A stretch of DNA of 64,000 nucleotides from Tagaea sp. Its GTDB lineage: Bacteria > Pseudomonadota > Alphaproteobacteria > CACIAM-22H2. Position 1 is the stretch's first letter; the number at the start of each line of letters is the position of its first letter. A model generated the notes under the pieces. That model did not search any database, had not been told where the DNA came from, and saw nothing but the letters and a program-made list of their open reading frames with translations. The stretch covers positions 192,001 through 256,000 of the forward strand of contig CBDIIB010000002.1 of assembly GCA_965279525.1 (NCBI GenBank), read 5' to 3'. The position numbers and the translations under genes were made by a program. Shown here piece after piece: positions 32,787-41,083 of this stretch.

Positions 32787-33606
32787 GCCCGCCGCCAAGG
32801 CCGTGCGCCTGTCGCTCGCCGCGATCGCGGTTGCGTGGTCGATCGCACCCATCGCGTTGATCGTGCTGGCGTCGTTCAAGCCGCCGCTCGAGATTTTCGC
32901 GATCCCGCCCAAATTCGTCTTCACGCCGACGCTCGAGAACTACCAGCGCCTGTGGGTGGCGTGGCCCGCCTTCCTGCCCAACATGCTCAACAGCCTGATC
33001 GTCACGGCCGGCGCCACGCTCGTGACCGTCAGTGCGGCCCTGCTGGCGGGCTACGTCTATGCGCGCTTCTCCAGCCGCTTCCTCACCGCGTCGGCGTTCT
33101 TCATGATCGTCGTGCGCATGATGCCGCCGATCATCGTCACGCTGCCGTTGTTCCCGGTCATCAACTGGCTCAGGCTCAACGACACGCATCTGGTGCTGAT
33201 GCTGTTCTATTCGGCGTTCTTCGTGTCGATCTCGACCTGGATCCTGCGCGCCTTCATCGACCAGATCCCGCGCGAACTGGAAGAGGCGGCCTTCGTCGAC
33301 GGGGCCAACCTGCGCCAGATCCTGCTGCGCGTCGTGCTGCCGCTGGTCACCAACGGGCTGGTCGCGGCGTCCATCTTCGTCATCGTGTTCGCGTGGAACG
33401 AATATTTCTTCGCGCTCATCTTCACGACGCGCGAGGCGCGCACCACGCCGCTGGTGATCGCCGAGATCCTGAGCACGGTCGAAGGCGTGGACTGGGGCAT
33501 CCTGTTCGCGGCGGCCAGCGCCCAGCTCGCCCCGATCCTCGTCTTCGTCATCGCCGTGCAGCGCTACGTGATCGCCGGGCTGACGGCGAGTGCGGTGAAG
33601 GGGTAG
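32773..33606 (+). CDS. CUT1 ABC transporter permease
   Basis: PTLENY, IPRELEEAAFVDGA EAA loop, FAWNEYFFA, GLTASAVKG. Confidence 0.92.
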   Translation: MRAPRPAAKAVRLSLAAIAVAWSIAPIALIVLASFKPPLEIFAIPPKFVFTPTLENYQRLWVAWPAFLPNMLNSLIVTAGATLVTVSAALLAGYVYARFSSRFLTASAFFMIVVRMMPPIIVTLPLFPVINWLRLNDTHLVLMLFYSAFFVSISTWILRAFIDQIPRELEEAAFVDGANLRQILLRVVLPLVTNGLVAASIFVIVFAWNEYFFALIFTTREARTTPLVIAEILSTVEGVDWGILFAAASAQLAPILVFVIAVQRYVIAGLTASAVKG

Positions 33607-33694
33607 CCGTTCGGCAAAAGGTCCATTTTGAATTCATATGTAGGATCGGCTTTAGCAATCCGTAAACGGTGTTGATGTATTCGATGGGGATAGC

Positions 33695-35092
33695 GTGACC
33701 GTCCCCTCCGGCACCCGAAGCAGCATCATGCCGTCCGTCGACGATTCGATCCTTGGTACGGTGACGACCGCAACACGGCTTCGCGCCGCGCGGACATTCG
33801 GACTCGTGCTCGGTGCCGCCGCACTGGCAAGCGTGCCTTGGGCGAGCACGCCGCTCTTCGGCACGCCGGCTTTCCTGCCGTCGTTCGGTGCAGCCGTCAG
33901 CCTGATCGAGCTTGCCACCGCCTACCTGCTGTTCGGCCAGTTCTTCGCGACCGGGCGGCTTCCCGCGGCGTTCCTCGCAAGCGCCTACCTCTTTTCCGCC
34001 GCGATCGTCGTCCCGCACATGCTCGTCTTTCCCGGCGTGGTCACGCCGGGCGGCATGCTCGGGGCCGGCACGCAGAGCGCCGTGTGGCTGTGGATCGCCT
34101 GGCACGGCGGGTTCCCCGCACTCGTGGCCCTCTATGCCGCGGTCGAAGGTGCGGCACCTTCCCCCGTCCGGCGGGAGCGGATCGTGCCGGTGGCGCTCGC
34201 GGCGTTCGCCGGCGTGCTGGGGCTCGTCGCGGCAGCGACGTTGCTCGCGACGGCGGGCGAGCATCTGCTGCCGACCGTGATCGTCGGCGGCCGCGGCGAC
34301 CTGATCGGCAACGGCATCGGGCCGGCGATCGTCGCGATCAACGTCGTGGCGTTGGGCTGGATCGTGCTGGGCTTGCGCTGCCGCACGTTCGTCCAGCTCT
34401 GGCTTGCGGTGGCGTTGCTCGCCTCGCTGCTCGACGTGTCGCTCACGCTCTATGCCCAGGCGCGCTTCACGCTCGGCTGGTACATGGCGCGGCTCAACAG
34501 CCTGCTTTCCGCCGGCGTCGTGTTCGCCGCGATGCTGCACGAGATGACGGTGATCTACGGGCGACTGCTGCATCTGCGCGACGAGTTGCAGCAGATGTCG
34601 GTGACCGACGCGCTGACCGGCCTGCCCAACCGGCGGCGGTTCGACGAGATGCTGGCGGCGGAATGGCGCCGGGCCGAGCGTGCGGCGACGCCGATGGCGC
34701 TGCTGATGATCGACGTGGACCACTTCAAGAACTACAACGACGCGCTCGGCCATCCGGCCGGCGATGCGTGCCTGCGCGCGATCGCGGGCGCCATCGCGCG
34801 GGCCGGCCGGCGTGCGGGCGACCTCGCCGCGCGTTTTGGCGGCGAGGAATTCGCCGTCGTGCTGCCGGGCGCCGACGGTGCGGGTGCAAGCGCCTATGCC
34901 GAACGCACGCTCGACGCGGTGCGCGCCCTCGGCCTGCCGCATCCGCGCGGCGAAGGCTGCAAGGTTACGGTCAGCATCGGTATCGCCGCGATGGTACCCG
35001 GCCCCGGCACCGATGCCGCCGGCCTGCTCGCCGCCGCAGATGCCGCCCTTTACCGCGCCAAGCAGGCTGGCCGCGACCGCGCGGCAGGATAG
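33695..35092 (+). CDS. Membrane-sensor (MASE4-like) diguanylate cyclase
   Basis: Multi-TM N-terminus (WLWIAWHGGFP); DALTGLPNRR, DVDHFK.YND, RAGD I-site, GGEEF; start uncertain (33695 or 33728). Confidence 0.9.
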   Translation: MTVPSGTRSSIMPSVDDSILGTVTTATRLRAARTFGLVLGAAALASVPWASTPLFGTPAFLPSFGAAVSLIELATAYLLFGQFFATGRLPAAFLASAYLFSAAIVVPHMLVFPGVVTPGGMLGAGTQSAVWLWIAWHGGFPALVALYAAVEGAAPSPVRRERIVPVALAAFAGVLGLVAAATLLATAGEHLLPTVIVGGRGDLIGNGIGPAIVAINVVALGWIVLGLRCRTFVQLWLAVALLASLLDVSLTLYAQARFTLGWYMARLNSLLSAGVVFAAMLHEMTVIYGRLLHLRDELQQMSVTDALTGLPNRRRFDEMLAAEWRRAERAATPMALLMIDVDHFKNYNDALGHPAGDACLRAIAGAIARAGRRAGDLAARFGGEEFAVVLPGADGAGASAYAERTLDAVRALGLPHPRGEGCKVTVSIGIAAMVPGPGTDAAGLLAAADAALYRAKQAGRDRAAG

Positions 35093-35102
35093 CGCAGCGG
35101 AT

Positions 35103-36026
35103 TCACTCTTTCAGGAACGCCGCCACCGGTGCCAGCGTGCGCGCCGGCGCTTCCTCGTGCGGCACATGGCCCAGATCGGGGAACGTGACGAGCCGTGCGT
35201 TTCCCAGCAGTCGCAGATAATCCTGCGCGTTCGCGACCGGGATCATCGCGTCCTTTTCTCCCCACACCAGCAGGACAGGGGCCGCGATGCGCGGCAATAG
35301 CGGGGCGGGGTCGGCGAGCACGGTCTGGCGCAGGCGCGCGATCATCGCGGCGCGCGCACCGGGTGCGCGCATCAGGTCGTGATAGCGCTTGGCAAGTTCG
35401 TCGGTCATCGCGGCGGGATCGCCATAAGCGGGGGCGAGGCTCATGCGCAGCAGGAAGGCGGGCAGGGCGAAGCGCATCGCCTCGATCGCGACGGGAACCG
35501 CGTGCGGCTTGCCGTACGCGAAGCCGGGGCTGGCGAACCCGTCGGGCGAGACGAGCACGAGCTTGGTCACGCGCGCCGGGTATGCGGCGGCAAAGCGCCA
35601 CGCGATGCGGCCCCCGATGGAATTTCCGACAAGTGCGGCGGACCGCAGGCCGAGCCGGTCGAGCAGGGCGGCGAGCAGTTCGAGGTTGCGCGCCTCGGTA
35701 TAGAGACCCGTCGGATCGGGCCCGCTCAGGCCCGAGCCCGGCAGATCGAAGCGCACGACGCGGTGCGTGGCTTCAAGCGCATTCGCCCACGGCTCCCACG
35801 TGTGCAGGCTTGCCCCGAAGCCGTGCAGCAGCACGATCGCGGGTGCTTCGCGTGGGCCGGTGTCGCGCACATGCAGGTGCGTGCCCGCGACCTCGACCAT
35901 GTCCGTGGGCTTCGCCAGATACCGCTTTTCCAGCAAGGCGCGCGGCAGATCGGGCGTCCACGCCCAGAAGGCGAGGCCGGCGACGAGCGTGGCGGCGGCA
36001 ATTCCGACTATCGACCAGATGTTCAT
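35103..36026 (-). CDS. Alpha/beta fold hydrolase with N-terminal membrane anchor
   Basis: LLHGFGASL, FDLPGSGLS, GNSIGG, WGEKD, GHVPHEE. Confidence 0.9.
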   Translation of the reverse strand: MNIWSIVGIAAATLVAGLAFWAWTPDLPRALLEKRYLAKPTDMVEVAGTHLHVRDTGPREAPAIVLLHGFGASLHTWEPWANALEATHRVVRFDLPGSGLSGPDPTGLYTEARNLELLAALLDRLGLRSAALVGNSIGGRIAWRFAAAYPARVTKLVLVSPDGFASPGFAYGKPHAVPVAIEAMRFALPAFLLRMSLAPAYGDPAAMTDELAKRYHDLMRAPGARAAMIARLRQTVLADPAPLLPRIAAPVLLVWGEKDAMIPVANAQDYLRLLGNARLVTFPDLGHVPHEEAPARTLAPVAAFLKE

Positions 36027-36101
36027 GCCGGCAACGACATAGGGTGCCCCCGCCCGCATGTCCATTCCGCGCTCACGCGAAACGCGCTATTGAAGCTGCC
36101 G

Positions 36102-36656
36102 ATGTCGCACGGAACTTCCATCCTCGACGGCGACGAGATCCTTGCCCGCTGCGATCCGACGCTCGCCCGGCTGCACGCTCTGTGGGAATCCAAGCGTGTG
36201 ATGGAGGCGCTGCCGGCCCGTGCCGCGTTCGACCCGTCCGAATTCCGGCCGTGGCTGGGCAGGCTGGGCCTGCTCGACGTGCTGCCCGCTTCGCTGCCCG
36301 ACGGGGCGGATTTCCGCTACCGGCTGATCGGCACGGGCATGGTCGCGCAGTTCGGACGCGATCTCACGGGCGATCTCGTCTCGAACCAGTCGCTGACGGC
36401 CGACATCCCGGCCGCCCTTGCCAATCTGCGCGCCGTCTGCGCCAACCGCGTGCCGCGCTGGCGCACCGATCTTGTCCCGTGCATCGAGGGCACGCGCATG
36501 GCGGGCGAGCGGATCTATCTGCCGCTCGCGGCCGATGGCGAGACGGTCGACATGATCCTGTTCTGCACGCTGCATGCGCGCGATGCCGACGGCGAACCCG
36601 CCGTGCTGCCGCACGACACGCTCTGGAACGACCCGCCGGGGAGTCGCTCGACCTAA
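36102..36656 (+). CDS. Stand-alone PAS-like domain protein (PAS_5/DUF1457-like)
   Basis: W..KR....LPARAAFDP, FRYRLIGT, GRDLTG, YLPLA.DG..VDMIL. Confidence 0.8.
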   Translation: MSHGTSILDGDEILARCDPTLARLHALWESKRVMEALPARAAFDPSEFRPWLGRLGLLDVLPASLPDGADFRYRLIGTGMVAQFGRDLTGDLVSNQSLTADIPAALANLRAVCANRVPRWRTDLVPCIEGTRMAGERIYLPLAADGETVDMILFCTLHARDADGEPAVLPHDTLWNDPPGSRST

Positions 36657-37006
36657 CGCGCGGGCTGCCGGTTCAGGAACGGGCTGGGGGCGGAGCGCCC
36701 GCGCGGCGGGAAGGCGGCCGCGAGATAGTCGAGCGTCTCGTCGAGCGCTTCGCCTTCCAGCGGCGGCATGTTGTGGCGCTGGACCATGATGTCCAGCACC
36801 TCGGCCCAGCGCTGGCGGCTGTGGCCTTGCGCCTTGACCAGCGCCGAGCCGTGGCACGCGGTGCAATAATAGAACACGTCGTCGCGGTGCTTGCCGTCGG
36901 GGAACACGGTCGGTTCCTCGGGCTCGCGGTCCTCGGCGCGCGCGGAGTATCCGGCCGTGCCGCCGATCAGCAGCACGGCCAGGGAGAGCATCGCAAGTCG
37001 CATCAT
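36653..37006 (-). CDS. Small c-type cytochrome (SorB/SorU-like partner of sulfite dehydrogenase)
   Basis: Signal peptide, CTACH heme motif, Met ligand region MVQRHNMP; overlaps the stop of the sorA-like gene. Confidence 0.85.
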   Translation of the reverse strand: MMRLAMLSLAVLLIGGTAGYSARAEDREPEEPTVFPDGKHRDDVFYYCTACHGSALVKAQGHSRQRWAEVLDIMVQRHNMPPLEGEALDETLDYLAAAFPPRGRSAPSPFLNRQPAR

Positions 37007-38319
37007 GCCGGGATGAGCACCGCCACGCGGTGCATGACGTTGCCGCCATAGCCCTGCGGGTTCCAGTTCGCCGCCGCATGGCTCTGGCTGCGGCCGGTGC
37101 TGTCAGTGGCGCGCACCCAGAACTCGTAGTAGCCGGCGGTCGGCAGTGTCAGTTCCGTCGACCAAGTTTGCCACGAATACTTGTTCACGGGCCCCGCGAC
37201 GCGCGCGGCCCGCCAGTTCTGCCCGTAGCTGGCCGAGACATGGACCTCCGCCACCGAATGGTCGCCGGCCCACGCATGGCCGCGCAGGCGGATGCGCCGC
37301 GTGCCCGGCTTAAGCTCGGTGCCGTTGGCGATGTTGGTGATGATCGAGCGCACCGGCATCGATTCGAGGATGCGGAAGTTCTTCGGGTCCGGCTTGTCGC
37401 CGGGCACCATCGGCACGATGGGCACGCGATAGCTGGTACCGGTCATGCCCTGGCCGTCATGCTCCTTGTCGCGGATCTGGATGCGGTTCAGCCATTTCTG
37501 CGAAGCGGAGCCCGGCCAGCCCGGCACGATCAGGCGCAGGGGCGCCCCGTTGACCTGCGGGATCGCGCCGCCGTTGACCGCGTAGGCGATGATCGTGTGT
37601 TCCTCCATCGCCTTGGAAATCGGCACGCCGCGGCTGATCGCCTGGCGCGTCGGGTCGCCCTGCAGGTTCAAGTCGCGCCCGAAATGCGCGGTGTATTTCG
37701 CGGTGGACTTCAGGCCGGCGGCCTCCAGCACGTCCTTGAGGCGCACGCCGGTCCAGCGCGCGTTGGCGATGGCGCCGTTGCCCCACTGGTTGCCGCTCGC
37801 CTTGGGCTCGAACGCCGAACGCCCGTTGCCGCCGCATTCCATTTGCAGGGCGAGCGTGACGGGCCGGAAGCGGCTGCGCAGGTCGCCGAGCGTGAGTTTC
37901 AGCGGGCGCTCGACCTCGCCGTCGACGACCAGCTCCCACGAATTGACGTCGCCGGCGAACGGGTCGGGCGGCGTGCCGTTGTTGCGGATGAAGATCTTGT
38001 CGTTGGGCGTGATGTCGTCGTCGAGCATGTGCTCGGGCGTCTCGCACACCAGCGGCCGGTCGCCGAGGATCACGAGTTCGGCCTTGCCGTCCATCTTCAG
38101 GATCTTCGGGGCCGCCGCCGCACCTTGTGCAAGCGCCGCCGGGATCAGGCCGCCGGGCATCGCTCCGCCGAACGGGATCGTGCCGCCGAGCATCGCCCCC
38201 ATCGTCGCGAGACCGGCGCCACGCAGCACGCCACGCCGCCCGAACACGAGCGCGTCGGCGCGCTCGGGATCGTCGCGATAGAGCTCAAGCAGTCCGCGTT
38301 CTTTCCAGTTGGTCGCCAT
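37003..38319 (-). CDS. Periplasmic sulfite oxidase-family molybdoenzyme (SorA/SorT-like)
   Basis: Tat motif GRRGVL; FIRNNG, ECGGNGR (Mo Cys), WTGVRL, GAPLRLIVPGWPGSASQKW; dimerisation domain. Confidence 0.9.
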   Translation of the reverse strand: MATNWKERGLLELYRDDPERADALVFGRRGVLRGAGLATMGAMLGGTIPFGGAMPGGLIPAALAQGAAAAPKILKMDGKAELVILGDRPLVCETPEHMLDDDITPNDKIFIRNNGTPPDPFAGDVNSWELVVDGEVERPLKLTLGDLRSRFRPVTLALQMECGGNGRSAFEPKASGNQWGNGAIANARWTGVRLKDVLEAAGLKSTAKYTAHFGRDLNLQGDPTRQAISRGVPISKAMEEHTIIAYAVNGGAIPQVNGAPLRLIVPGWPGSASQKWLNRIQIRDKEHDGQGMTGTSYRVPIVPMVPGDKPDPKNFRILESMPVRSIITNIANGTELKPGTRRIRLRGHAWAGDHSVAEVHVSASYGQNWRAARVAGPVNKYSWQTWSTELTLPTAGYYEFWVRATDSTGRSQSHAAANWNPQGYGGNVMHRVAVLIPA

Positions 38320-38491
38320 GGCGTCATCTCCCGTATTTTTTGCGATTCTTTGTATTAGGGGAGTCTAACATGTTCGCGCGGAATGTCGATTCACAGACGC
38401 CGCAAGACGTGCGTTCGACGCACGATGAAAATCCAGTCCTGCATGCACTCGGCTACGAGGGCGCAACACTTGCGGAAGTCGGGGAAGCATC

Positions 38492-38520
38492 TTGACATCA
38501 TGTACCTTATGCGGTACATG
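38492..38520 (+). promoter_or_regulatory. TA promoter with overlapping operator palindrome
   Basis: TTGACA (-35) followed by CATGTACC-N6-GGTACATG inverted repeat (38499-38520). Confidence 0.75.
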
Positions 38521-38533
38521 AACGCGTAGGCCG

Positions 38534-38878
38534 ATGGTCGATGGTCTTAAAAAGTTTCCGGCGAAATTCTATCGGTCGAAAACGGGAAGCGAGCCCGTGC
38601 GGGACTGGCTCAAGGATCTTTCGCTCGAAGACCGAAAGGTTGTCGGGGCGGATATTGCGGCGGCGGAATTCGGATGGCCGATTGGCATGCCTCTTTGCAA
38701 GCCGCTCGGAAGAGGTCTTTGGGAAATTCGAAGCGGCATATCCGACGGCAGGATTTCCCGGGTTATTTTCTGTTCTGCGGACGGCTTCATGGTTCTGCTC
38801 CATGCATTCGTGAAGAAATCGCGGAAGTCACCGAAGCAGGATCTCGATCTGGCGCTGGATCGAAAGAAGGAACTCTGA
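38534..38878 (+). CDS. Type II toxin, RelE/HigB (Gp49-like) family
   Basis: FYRSKTGSEPVRDWL...GWPIGMPL...GLWEIR...LLHAFVKKS.K.P..DL. Confidence 0.9.
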   Translation: MVDGLKKFPAKFYRSKTGSEPVRDWLKDLSLEDRKVVGADIAAAEFGWPIGMPLCKPLGRGLWEIRSGISDGRISRVIFCSADGFMVLLHAFVKKSRKSPKQDLDLALDRKKEL

Positions 38879-38879
38879 C

Positions 38880-39164
38880 GTGAGCAAAAATCCCCGCATT
38901 GGTTCCTCCTTTGAAGACTTCCTGGATAAGGAAGGCATCGCGGACGCCGTCAATGCGCACGCCATCAAGCGCGTGATTGCCTGGCAGGTGCAGAAGGCGA
39001 TGACGGCAGGTCGCATCAGCAAGGTGGACATGGCCAAGCGCATGAAGACCAGCCGCGCGCAGCTTGACCGCCTGCTCGACCCGAAGAATGACCGTGTCCA
39101 GCTCGACACGATCCAGCGGGCCGCGACGGCAGTCGGGCGTCGTTTGCGCTTCGAGTTGGTCTGA
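38880..39164 (+). CDS. Antitoxin, HigA-like XRE HTH protein
   Basis: IGSSFEDFL...MAKRMKTSRAQLDRLLDP; directly follows the toxin. Confidence 0.88.
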   Translation: MSKNPRIGSSFEDFLDKEGIADAVNAHAIKRVIAWQVQKAMTAGRISKVDMAKRMKTSRAQLDRLLDPKNDRVQLDTIQRAATAVGRRLRFELV

Positions 39165-39383
39165 TCCGGTCTTTGTACGATTGTGCAATTTATAGGAGTG
39201 CATAAAAGGGTTGTAATTCATGGAGAGTCGCTTAGAATAATTCCCCAATCGCTCTTTGACATGGTGAATAAGCCCACCATGCCGGCAGGTCGAGGCCGGA
39301 AGAATTCGTGCAGGTTGGACGGACTACATGAGACGTGATTTTTTGCCGTCGCCTCGTCTCATCGGCCTCATATCAACGGGTTA

Positions 39384-39430
39384 GGCAGTTGACGGTCAAC
39401 TGCCGTCAACTGCTGTCAACTCCCGTCAAG
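39384..39430. repeat. 10-bp tandem repeat array with one inverted copy
   Basis: GGCAGTTGAC-G-GTCAACTGCC GTCAACTGCT GTCAACTCCC GTCAAG. Confidence 0.8.
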
Positions 39431-39449
39431 CGAAGTTTGCTGCGAAAAC

Positions 39450-39932
39450 CTACGGCCGCTTCGCGTCGATCGGCACGCCGGGCTGCATCTTGGTCGTGCG
39501 GATCGTCAGCGCGGATTTCACCGTCGCCACGTTGGGCGCGGCCGTCAGCTGGCTCGTCAGGAATTTCTCGTAAGAGTCCCAGTCGTGCGCCACGACCTTC
39601 AGCAGGAAGTCGGTCTCGCCGGTCAGCATGTGGCACTCGCGCACCATCGGCCAGGACTGCAGCAGGTCCTGGAACGCGCGCAGGTCGGCGTCGGCCTGGC
39701 TCTTCAGGCTCACACTCGCGAACACCGTCACGCCGAATCCCAGCGCCAGCGGGTCGATGTCGGCATGGTAGCCGCGCACGATCTTCGCTTCTTCGAGCAC
39801 GCGCACGCGGCGCAGGCAGGGCGGGGCGGACACACCGGCGCGCCGTGCCAGTTCCACGTTGGTCATCCGGCCGTCGTTCTGGAGGTCGTGGAGGATCTGG
39901 CGATCGACGTCGTCGAGCTTGTGGCCGCGCAT
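39450..39932 (-). CDS. lrp: Lrp/AsnC family transcriptional regulator
   Basis: LDDVDRQIL..LQNDGRMTNVELARRAGVSAPPCLRRVR; ECHMLTGETDFLLK. Confidence 0.92.
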   Translation of the reverse strand: MRGHKLDDVDRQILHDLQNDGRMTNVELARRAGVSAPPCLRRVRVLEEAKIVRGYHADIDPLALGFGVTVFASVSLKSQADADLRAFQDLLQSWPMVRECHMLTGETDFLLKVVAHDWDSYEKFLTSQLTAAPNVATVKSALTIRTTKMQPGVPIDAKRP

Positions 39933-40049
39933 TAATGTATGTCCGTCCTGTCGTGATGTTGAAATATTATTAGCAAACGGCATGCCGAAAGCAAAGCGAA
40001 TGGCTAAAGAAATTGCGCGAAACGGGCGGGCGGGCCAAAACACCCCGAT

Positions 40050-41012
40050 ATGAAACCCCGAACAGCGTGGATCATCAGCCCCGGCCAGGTGGGCATGAAG
40101 GCACAGTGCCGCGGCCTCGCCGAAGCACTCGGCCTTGCCTACGAGTTCCGCGACGTGCGCTTCCGCTTTCCGTTCACGTGGCTTCCCGAGCCGGCGCTCG
40201 TCGGCGATCCGTTCGCCAAGCTGCATGCCGCGTCCGCGCGGCTTGATCCGCCGTGGCCGGATGTGGCGATCACGCTGGGTTCGCGCTGCGCGCCCATCGG
40301 TGTCGCGATGAAGCGGGCGAGCGGCGGCAAGGTCACCGCGTTGCACGTGCAGCGGCCGGGCGTGCCGGTGGGCTGGCTCGATGCCGTCGTGGCGCCGTGG
40401 CACGACCAGGTGCAGGGCGACAACGTGATCGAGACAGTGGCGGCCCTCCACCACGTCACGCCAGAGAAGCTCGATGCGGCGCGCACGCAGTGGATGCCTG
40501 CGTTCGCACACCTGAAGCGCCCGCTGGTGGCCTTCCTGCTCGGCGGATCGAACGGCTGGCGGCGCTATCGCATGAGCGACGAGGCGGTGGCGCGCATCGC
40601 CGCCGGCATCGCGCGGCTGGGTGCAGCGGGGATCGGCGTTGCGCTGACGCCGTCGCGCCGCACGGATCCCGCCGCCGCCGCCGCGTTGCGCGCAGCCGTC
40701 GCTTCCGTCGGCGGCTATGCGTGGGACGGGGCGGGCGACAATCCGTATATCGGACTGCTCGCGTGCGCGGATGCCATCGTCGTGACCGAAGACTCGGTCT
40801 CGATGACCAGCGAGGCGCTGTCGACCGGCAAGCCGGTCTTCGTCGCCGCCCTGACCGGCCGGTCGGGCCGCATCGCCGCTTTCCAAGCCGAAATGCAGCG
40901 CAAGGGCCTGACGCGGCCCTTCGACGGAAGCTACGCGACCTGGGCCTACGATCCGCCCGACGACACGGCCCGCGCGGCCCGCCTGCTGCGCGAACGATTT
41001 GGCTGGGGATAA
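40050..41012 (+). CDS. ELM1-like (mitochondrial fission ELM1 family) protein
   Basis: QCRGLAEALG, PWPD, PWHD, LLGG, TPSRRT, DNPY, VTEDSVSMTSEALSTGKPV. Confidence 0.88.
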   Translation: MKPRTAWIISPGQVGMKAQCRGLAEALGLAYEFRDVRFRFPFTWLPEPALVGDPFAKLHAASARLDPPWPDVAITLGSRCAPIGVAMKRASGGKVTALHVQRPGVPVGWLDAVVAPWHDQVQGDNVIETVAALHHVTPEKLDAARTQWMPAFAHLKRPLVAFLLGGSNGWRRYRMSDEAVARIAAGIARLGAAGIGVALTPSRRTDPAAAAALRAAVASVGGYAWDGAGDNPYIGLLACADAIVVTEDSVSMTSEALSTGKPVFVAALTGRSGRIAAFQAEMQRKGLTRPFDGSYATWAYDPPDDTARAARLLRERFGWG

Positions 41013-41083
41013 CGCGCAAGGCGCCTTTCGCAGCTTGGACATGCCTGCTAGGTTTGCGTCAAACGCATAGCAGGACGAGTCCG

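Noticed and set aside
39384-39430. Repeat array considered as a CRISPR
   Set aside because: 10-bp units without spacers and no cas genes in the window.
41044-41074. CCTGCTA/TAGCAGG hairpin upstream of trxB
   Set aside because: Short stem with no T-tract or other support; could be incidental.
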